DNA of 64,000 nucleotides from Salinivirgaceae bacterium (GTDB lineage Bacteria; Bacteroidota; Bacteroidia; Bacteroidales; SZUA-534): NCBI GenBank assembly GCA_017474765.1, contig JAFVGW010000032.1, positions 66,989 to 130,988 of the forward strand, read 5' to 3'. Shown piece by piece: positions 56,801 to 61,213 of this stretch (position 1 is its first letter; each line of letters starts with the position of its first letter). The notes under the pieces were generated by a model. It saw only the letters and a program-made list of their open reading frames with translations, ran no database searches and was not told where the DNA came from. The position numbers and the translations under genes were made by a program.

Positions 56801-57050
56801 CTTCGAGCACGACATTTTTATTCAAATCGATGTTGAATGTGAATTTTCCAGTCTTGTCAGCATCGTAAATTTTGTCAAGTGAACCGTCGACATACACCTT
56901 GACTTTTGAAATTGCAAAATTGTCGCGCTCAATTTTCACCGTGCCTCGAATGGTCAGATAACCCTTTACTTTTTGCGCTGAAACATTTGAGTATGAAGCA
57001 ACTACAATCAATACAGATAGTAGTGCGGATATTATTTTTTTGAAGTTCAT
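53889..57050 (-). CDS. secreted TPR-like repeat protein with N-terminal CarboxypepD_reg-like domain
   Basis: Signal peptide MNFKKIISALLSVLIVVASYSNVSA. About 15 repeats of ~55-60 aa: (Y..I..AD..F....Y..A...Y..A...KP.E.YPK..I.EI...L). Confidence 0.85.
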   Translation of the reverse strand: MNFKKIISALLSVLIVVASYSNVSAQKVKGYLTIRGTVKIERDNFAISKVKVYVDGSLDKIYDADKTGKFTFNIDLNKNVVLEVTRQGYYSKKLEFNTNVPVEDVGIWNYKFSVELLPEVEGFDATIMGQPIGKIKFVDKMGDFDYDEAYTSEMQKRIKAMMKDYEQKRAAMYEKIIAQADAEFSQANYDEAIGLYDKAIDIDPYDPYPDNQINAIKKILAKNQNIEKNYQKNIQLADGFFNTQQYENARMYYKRALTYKDDQYPKNQLLQIDKILSDLNDADAALAAKEKAYKDAIAAADKSFAAKQYEAALGKYSEAAGIKPNEQYPKDKIAELNALMAGLEADAANKAAIEKAYADAIAAADNLFNQNKLTEARTQYVKAKEIKPAESYPQTRINAIDRQLAADKANTEKYNGFIKVADEAFAKNEYQAAKSAYQQASSIKPNEQYPKDKIAEIDRLVADSAAKKAQYNAALTKADKLYKEQKWTEAEAAYREALAVFPTEQYPQDRINDITNRLLAMKNAEEQQRARDKAYADAVRKGDSLLNIKIYQDAKNLYNQALAVKAAEKYPKQKIDEIDKLLAAQKATDDKYINLISFADDQFSSGQYAEARNNYVNASQLKPEETYPKERIAEIDKRLAEQKVVAEKAAKTNAEYDNLISQADAQFNAKAYAQAKTLYGQASAVKPEEAYPKSRMVEIDNLIAKAAEEERQYNQAIATADGFFGEKKYTEAINAYNMALAIRANEAYPKQKITEAQNIINAENQKRQQYADLISKADNLFSQKDYANAKPIYEQALQISPDEQHPKSRIDQINTLLAEAAQKKAEQENQLRTYKAKVAEADRAFNAHNYDNAIELYNAAKAIKPDETYPDQQIAQITANLKAEVEKERLAKIDADYKNAITLADNAFKTKDYSAAIGLYRSASAIKPNEKYPKDQVELCEKRVQEAKALADSEAERQRKEQLAAAQNSFDDKKSFEVPTGQRSDHFLNDLAKQYPEGITTENYDSQNKKIKRVIVNRDGIAHEYIEAKYSYGTYYFRDGRSISAQVFFKETK

Positions 57051-57200
57051 TTCCTTTATGTTTAAACACGGCAATATAAGAAAATAATAGTTGAAGAAAT
57101 AATGCGATTTTTCATTATTTTCACTATATCTTTAGAGAAAGAAAAACGTACAAGGAGGTACGAAAGTAACGAGATGTTTAACTTTTAAAATTTTTGAGTT

Positions 57201-57434
57201 ATGAAAACTGCAGAAGACAAACAGAAAAGCAAGGAGTCGTTGGAAATTGCTGAGCGTAAGTTGCACAAATCACAGATGAAAGCAAGCAAACTCGAAAAGA
57301 AAATCCAGAAGGCGAAGAAGAATACCAATGATGAAGCAGCCATAAAAGGGATGAAGGACGAGTTGGAGGAAGTGCACATGAAAATGCATCAACGTTACAA
57401 AAAAGTTGAAAAGGAAAAGAAAACAGCATCATAA
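57201..57434 (+). CDS. small lysine-rich coiled-coil protein (77 aa)
   Basis: Only plus-strand ORF in the region, followed 20 nt later by a strong terminator. Highly charged K/E-rich sequence. Confidence 0.45.
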   Translation: MKTAEDKQKSKESLEIAERKLHKSQMKASKLEKKIQKAKKNTNDEAAIKGMKDELEEVHMKMHQRYKKVEKEKKTAS

Positions 57435-57452
57435 CACTGATTATTTGCTAAC

Positions 57453-57479
57453 AAAAAAGCGCCTTTCGGCGCTTTTTTG
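57453..57479. terminator. bidirectional intrinsic terminator
   Basis: AAAAAAGCGCC-TTTC-GGCGCTTTTTT lies between the convergent genes 57201..57434 (+) and 57523..58149 (-). Confidence 0.85.
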
Positions 57480-57522
57480 TTATTGTATTACAAATACTTT
57501 GAAAATTAATGCCCAAGAAGTG

Positions 57523-58149
57523 TTATTGGTTCTCTTGCAGATATTTTTCCACACTGTTTTTGGCCTGAATTAGCGGTGGGATTATTTTGGCAATATCATT
57601 ATTCTTGATTTCCGCAACCTTCTGATTGTTAACGCCATTCGGCTTTAAATCCTCATAATATGAATATCTGCTTGGGTTAGAATCAGGTACGCTGTATTTC
57701 AATAAAAGCAGTTTTTTACTGCGACTATTGTATAAGAATCCTAATCCTCCGTCAGCAATATAATTAATTGTAAAATTCCGACTTTGATTTGTAATGTCAT
57801 CGCAAATCTGTCTTAAAACAAGCACTACGCTATCTATTTGGCTGACATTTAGATAATAGGCAGTGCGGGTAAACATCAGCATTTTGCTTTGACTGAGGCT
57901 GTAGCCATCTCCGGCAATCATAATAGTGCCGACTTTTTTCGTTTTGTTCATTTCGTCTATCAGCACAGTGCCGAATATCTCCACGTCACTACCCAGATAT
58001 TCAAAAACATTGATACTCTTATAGTAAGTGGTGTTTTGAAGGAATTTGCCTGCAGCAGTTTCTCGCTTGACTTTTTCAATAATGGCATTTTGAGCAAAAA
58101 CAGATGATGATACTAAAAGGACGAAACAAGTTAATAGTGCATTTTTCAT
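57523..58149 (-). CDS. secreted hypothetical protein (208 aa)
   Basis: Signal peptide MKNALLTCFVLLVSSSVFA. A/T-rich. No recognisable motif. Confidence 0.6.
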   Translation of the reverse strand: MKNALLTCFVLLVSSSVFAQNAIIEKVKRETAAGKFLQNTTYYKSINVFEYLGSDVEIFGTVLIDEMNKTKKVGTIMIAGDGYSLSQSKMLMFTRTAYYLNVSQIDSVVLVLRQICDDITNQSRNFTINYIADGGLGFLYNSRSKKLLLLKYSVPDSNPSRYSYYEDLKPNGVNNQKVAEIKNNDIAKIIPPLIQAKNSVEKYLQENQ

Positions 58150-58250
58150 AATATGTTGTTTATTTATTTCGTCAGCTAAAATAGCGAAATTTTAAAACAT
58201 CAGTGTAAAATAATCTGCGAAAATCAGTTCAGTCAGCGTTCCAAATGGGT

Positions 58251-58440
58251 AAAAAAAGCGTCCCAAACGGAACGGCGTGCGATGCGGGTTGACAGATTAA
58301 AATCCGCAGGCAGACCATAAGAAATGGTCTCCTGCGGATTTAAAATTAACTGAATATACTATGTTTAATGGTTACTATCTTTATCTATCGTTTCTTTCAT
58401 TACCTTTCTAAGAATCTAAAACATCTAAAACAAAGAAAGG
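58251..58440 (-). repeat. ~190-nt direct repeat, copy 1 (3' end of immunity gene plus downstream non-coding hairpin)
   Basis: Near-identical to 58873-59068 apart from a handful of substitutions and a 4-nt indel. Confidence 0.85.
58300..58341 (-). terminator. long compound hairpin downstream of orphan immunity gene 1 (terminator or recombination site)
   Basis: AAATCCGCAGG-C-AGACCAT-AAGAA-ATGGTCT-CCTGCGGATTT. Confidence 0.45.
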
Positions 58441-58792
58441 CGAACAGAACAGTTAGGACATAATGAAATACTAAAATAAGTATTGATAACACTTTGGGTA
58501 TTTTGTCACTTATTGGTATTATTAGCTCCAAATTGTTAATATATCTTTTACCCATCCGGTTTCTTATTTTATGACCTAAAAAAACAGATATGGCAATTAT
58601 TGTTAATACGAAAGGTAAGAATCTCATCGTTATTCTTTTGGTTATAATTGGAGATAAATAACTTATGATTGAAAAAATATTCAAACTCCAGAAGAACTCT
58701 AAAACGGAAAGACTCTTTATTATTCCTTTTTGTCCATCTTTTCTAACAATAGAAAAATATGCCGCTACCCATAAATCAATAATCTTTTTCAT
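58400..58792 (-). CDS. orphan immunity protein paralog 1 (3-TM, 130 aa)
   Basis: MKKIIDLWVAAYFSI... is paralogous to 59026..59418, 59570..59968 and 60052..60453. The N-terminal extension of ORF 58400..58936 runs through the non-coding repeat and was trimmed. Confidence 0.75.
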   Translation of the reverse strand: MKKIIDLWVAAYFSIVRKDGQKGIIKSLSVLEFFWSLNIFSIISYLSPIITKRITMRFLPFVLTIIAISVFLGHKIRNRMGKRYINNLELIIPISDKIPKVLSILILVFHYVLTVLFAFLCFRCFRFLER

Positions 58793-58872
58793 CATCATAA
58801 GCCTTTTTGGCCCCCAATGGTAGTTTGTGTAACAAATATATGAGTTATTCAGAAAATAATTTGCTATAGCAC

Positions 58873-59068
58873 AAAAAAAGCCGTTCCAAACGGAACAGCG
58901 TGCGATGCGGGTTGACAGATTAAAATCCGCAGGCAAACCATAAGAAATGGTTCCTGCGGATTTAAAATTAACTGAATATACTATGTTTAATGGTTACTAT
59001 CTTTATCTATCTATCGTTTCTTTCATTACCTTTCTAAGAATCTAAAACATCTAAAACAAAGAAAGAAA
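58873..59068 (-). repeat. ~190-nt direct repeat, copy 2
   Basis: See 58251-58440. Period is ~622-626 nt. Confidence 0.85.
58923..58963 (-). terminator. long compound hairpin downstream of orphan immunity gene 2
   Basis: AAATCCGCAGG-CA-AACCAT-AAGAA-ATGGTT-CCTGCGGATTT. The inner-stem G:C pair of copy 1 is replaced by A:T. Confidence 0.45.
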
Positions 59069-59418
59069 AGCAGAATAGTTAGCACATAATGAACTATCAA
59101 AATAAGTATTGACAACGTTTTTGGTATTTTGTCACTTATTGGTATTATTTGTTCCCAATTGTCAAAATACATTTTATCCAACCAATTTCTTATTTTACTC
59201 CCCATAAAAATTGATAAGGCAAGTATTGTTAAAGCAACTGGTAAAAAACTCATAGTTATTCGTTTTGTCAGGATTTGTGACAGATAACTAATAATTGAGA
59301 AAATATTAAAAGTCCAAAGGAACTGTAGAATATAAAGACCGCTTATCATTCCTTTTTGCTCATATTTCCTAAAAATAGAAAAATATGCCGCTACCCATAA
59401 ATCAATTATCTTTTTCAT
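59026..59418 (-). CDS. orphan immunity protein paralog 2 (3-TM, 130 aa)
   Basis: MKKIIDLWVAAYFSIFRK...CFRCFRFLER. By eye about two-thirds identical to paralog 1. Confidence 0.8.
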   Translation of the reverse strand: MKKIIDLWVAAYFSIFRKYEQKGMISGLYILQFLWTFNIFSIISYLSQILTKRITMSFLPVALTILALSIFMGSKIRNWLDKMYFDNWEQIIPISDKIPKTLSILILIVHYVLTILLFFLCFRCFRFLER

Positions 59419-59482
59419 CGCTGTATAATAGTTTATGTCCCCAATTATCTGATGCTTTATCTATTGTAACTCCTAAACCCAT
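59402..59482 (-). pseudogene. relic of a toxin 3' end (26 codons) overlapping orphan immunity gene 2 by 17 nt
   Basis: Translates MGLGVTIDKASDNWGHKLLYSDEKDN*, compared with the intact toxin tail GLGTKIDKATDNWGQKLLYNDEKDY*. Confidence 0.75.
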
Positions 59483-59520
59483 TTATACTCTGATTGTATG
59501 AATTATTACATCAAAATTTG

Positions 59521-59558
59521 ACACCCTGACAATTGTAGAATTTAGATTGTCAGGGTGT
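59521..59558 (-). terminator. hairpin terminator after orphan immunity gene 3
   Basis: Perfect 13-bp stem ACACCCTGACAAT-N12-ATTGTCAGGGTGT, 11 nt past the stop. The minus strand continues CAAATTTTG. Confidence 0.6.
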
Positions 59559-59569
59559 TAAACTTTTTG

Positions 59570-59968
59570 TTATGGTCTAAGACATAATAGAAATTTCATA
59601 CAATAGAAAACAAGAAAAATGGTTGTGAAATAATGTACGACAACCACACAAATCATTATTGTTTTAGGAATATTTTCAAATGTGGATTTGATATATTCAT
59701 ACTTACTTAAATAAAAAGATTCTAGTGCTTTTTTTATAGAAAAAGCTATTACAACAAACGAGCAAAAAATAAAAGTTCCATATATATATATGTTTTCAAT
59801 TTTAACATATTTACCAATAATTGGAAGAAAACAGCATAATAAGGAAAAGCCATTGATAGCTAAAGTAATATTCAAAAACCACAAACCAAATTCTATACGT
59901 TTTTCTTTATACCGTTGTGGGGTAAAAAGTGTGTATGCTGCAACTAAAAAATCAATTATTTTCTTCAT
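59570..59968 (-). CDS. orphan immunity protein paralog 3 (3-TM, 132 aa)
   Basis: MKKIIDFLVAAYTLF.... More divergent, and closest to the cognate paralog 4. Confidence 0.75.
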   Translation of the reverse strand: MKKIIDFLVAAYTLFTPQRYKEKRIEFGLWFLNITLAINGFSLLCCFLPIIGKYVKIENIYIYGTFIFCSFVVIAFSIKKALESFYLSKYEYIKSTFENIPKTIMICVVVVHYFTTIFLVFYCMKFLLCLRP

Positions 59969-60032
59969 CTCTATAGAAAACATTTTTGGCTCCCCAATGA
60001 TTTGATGCTTTGTCTATTTCTGTGTCAAATTT
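59952..60032 (-). pseudogene. relic of a toxin 3' end overlapping orphan immunity gene 3 by 17 nt
   Basis: Translates KFDTEIDKASNHWGAKNVFYRDEENN*, with the same register relative to the immunity ATG as the intact toxin. Confidence 0.7.
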
Positions 60033-60051
60033 TTACTTATGGTCTAAGACA

Positions 60052-60453
60052 TTAGGCAAATTTCATACAATAAATCATTAAAAATGCAGAACCTAAATAG
60101 TGAACAACAACAAATAGTATTAACAAAAATCTCGGAAATTTTTCACTAAAAAATTTAATATACTCATACTGCTGTGTTGAATAAATATTCTTAAGCTTAT
60201 GCTTAATGCCAAAACAGATTAGTACTGTAATAATGAATATTATAACGCCAAATGTATAAGGAGAAAAATGCTTTAGGCATTCTCCTACTAAAGGTATGGA
60301 ATAAACAATCGGCAAAAGACAGTAAAACAACGACAATCCATTAAATCCCAATGGAATAGACAAAACAGTTAACCCTCTTTCCAATCGGTCTTCACATTTT
60401 TTGTAAACTGTACTGAAATATGCCGCCACAAAAAAATCAATAATCTTTTTCAT
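60052..60453 (-). CDS. cognate immunity protein (3-TM, 133 aa)
   Basis: MKKIIDFFVAAYFS.... Its start overlaps the Rhs toxin stop by 17 nt. Three hydrophobic helices. Confidence 0.8.
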   Translation of the reverse strand: MKKIIDFFVAAYFSTVYKKCEDRLERGLTVLSIPLGFNGLSLFYCLLPIVYSIPLVGECLKHFSPYTFGVIIFIITVLICFGIKHKLKNIYSTQQYEYIKFFSEKFPRFLLILFVVVHYLGSAFLMIYCMKFA

Positions 60454-61213
60454 CGTTGTATAATAGTTTTTGTCCCCAATTATCAGTTGCTTTGTCTATT
60501 TTTGTACCTAATCCACCTGCGGAACTAAGCCCGTAAATTGAAACAGCAATTGCTGTACCTAAAGCTGCTGGTGGGCAAAAAAGAACTATTCCTAAACCAG
60601 CCACACAAACACCTACATCAACAATTGTATGAGTATTAGCTTGACCAGTTTTGTATTCAATAAATGCTGTAGCAGCAGTAAAACCAGCTCCTATATACCC
60701 AGCCCAATTTGAAATGCCTTTCAGGGCATTAACTCCATATTTAAGTTTTTGCGCATCACTAAGGTGGCGGGCATTAAAAATAGAAGTTTGAGCACCTGCG
60801 CTTGCTATGTTTGCAATGTTTGTTGCCGTTGTAGTCGCAGTGGAGGCTATGCTGCCGCCAGAGCTACCATAATCTCCATTACTGCATCCTCTATCACGTG
60901 GCAGATTAATGGTTGTGGTATTGCCAATAATCTCATAAACTTTAACTTCGCCAGCAATCACATATACTTCACGATTATTATAACCCCGTATTTCATACCA
61001 ATAAGTAACCCAATGCCCTACTGTACTTGTTTCCAAAGTACCCCACGATTCACTCATGTTTGAAATTAACTGCTTGGTGATATTGGAAAAAGAATTGTTT
61101 ATCACATCTCCCCACGAATAGCCAGAGTTTCCACCTCCCTGTTTTTCATATTTTTGCATATAATTGCAAGAGCGTTTCAACCTTCTCTTTTCATCATCTA
61201 ATTCGGTAATACT
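60437..61213 (-). other. coding sub-region: variable C-terminal toxin domain of the Rhs protein (~258 aa)
   Basis: Everything downstream of VDPTGY. It ends in Gly/Ala-rich hydrophobic helices. No recognisable enzymatic motif. Confidence 0.7.

Noticed and set aside
55914-56882. 322-aa plus-strand ORF
   Set aside because: It is antisense to the TPR-repeat gene and is a low-complexity shadow.
58793-58936. 48-codon N-terminal extension making ORF 58400..58936 178 aa
   Set aside because: The extension reads through the conserved non-coding repeat and hairpin. The paralogs all start at MKKIID, so the start was set at 58792.
58251-59068. Possible CRISPR array, because of the regularly spaced direct repeats
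   Set aside because: There are only two copies, the repeat is ~190 nt, the period is ~620 nt, and the 'spacer' is a protein-coding immunity gene. No cas genes are present.
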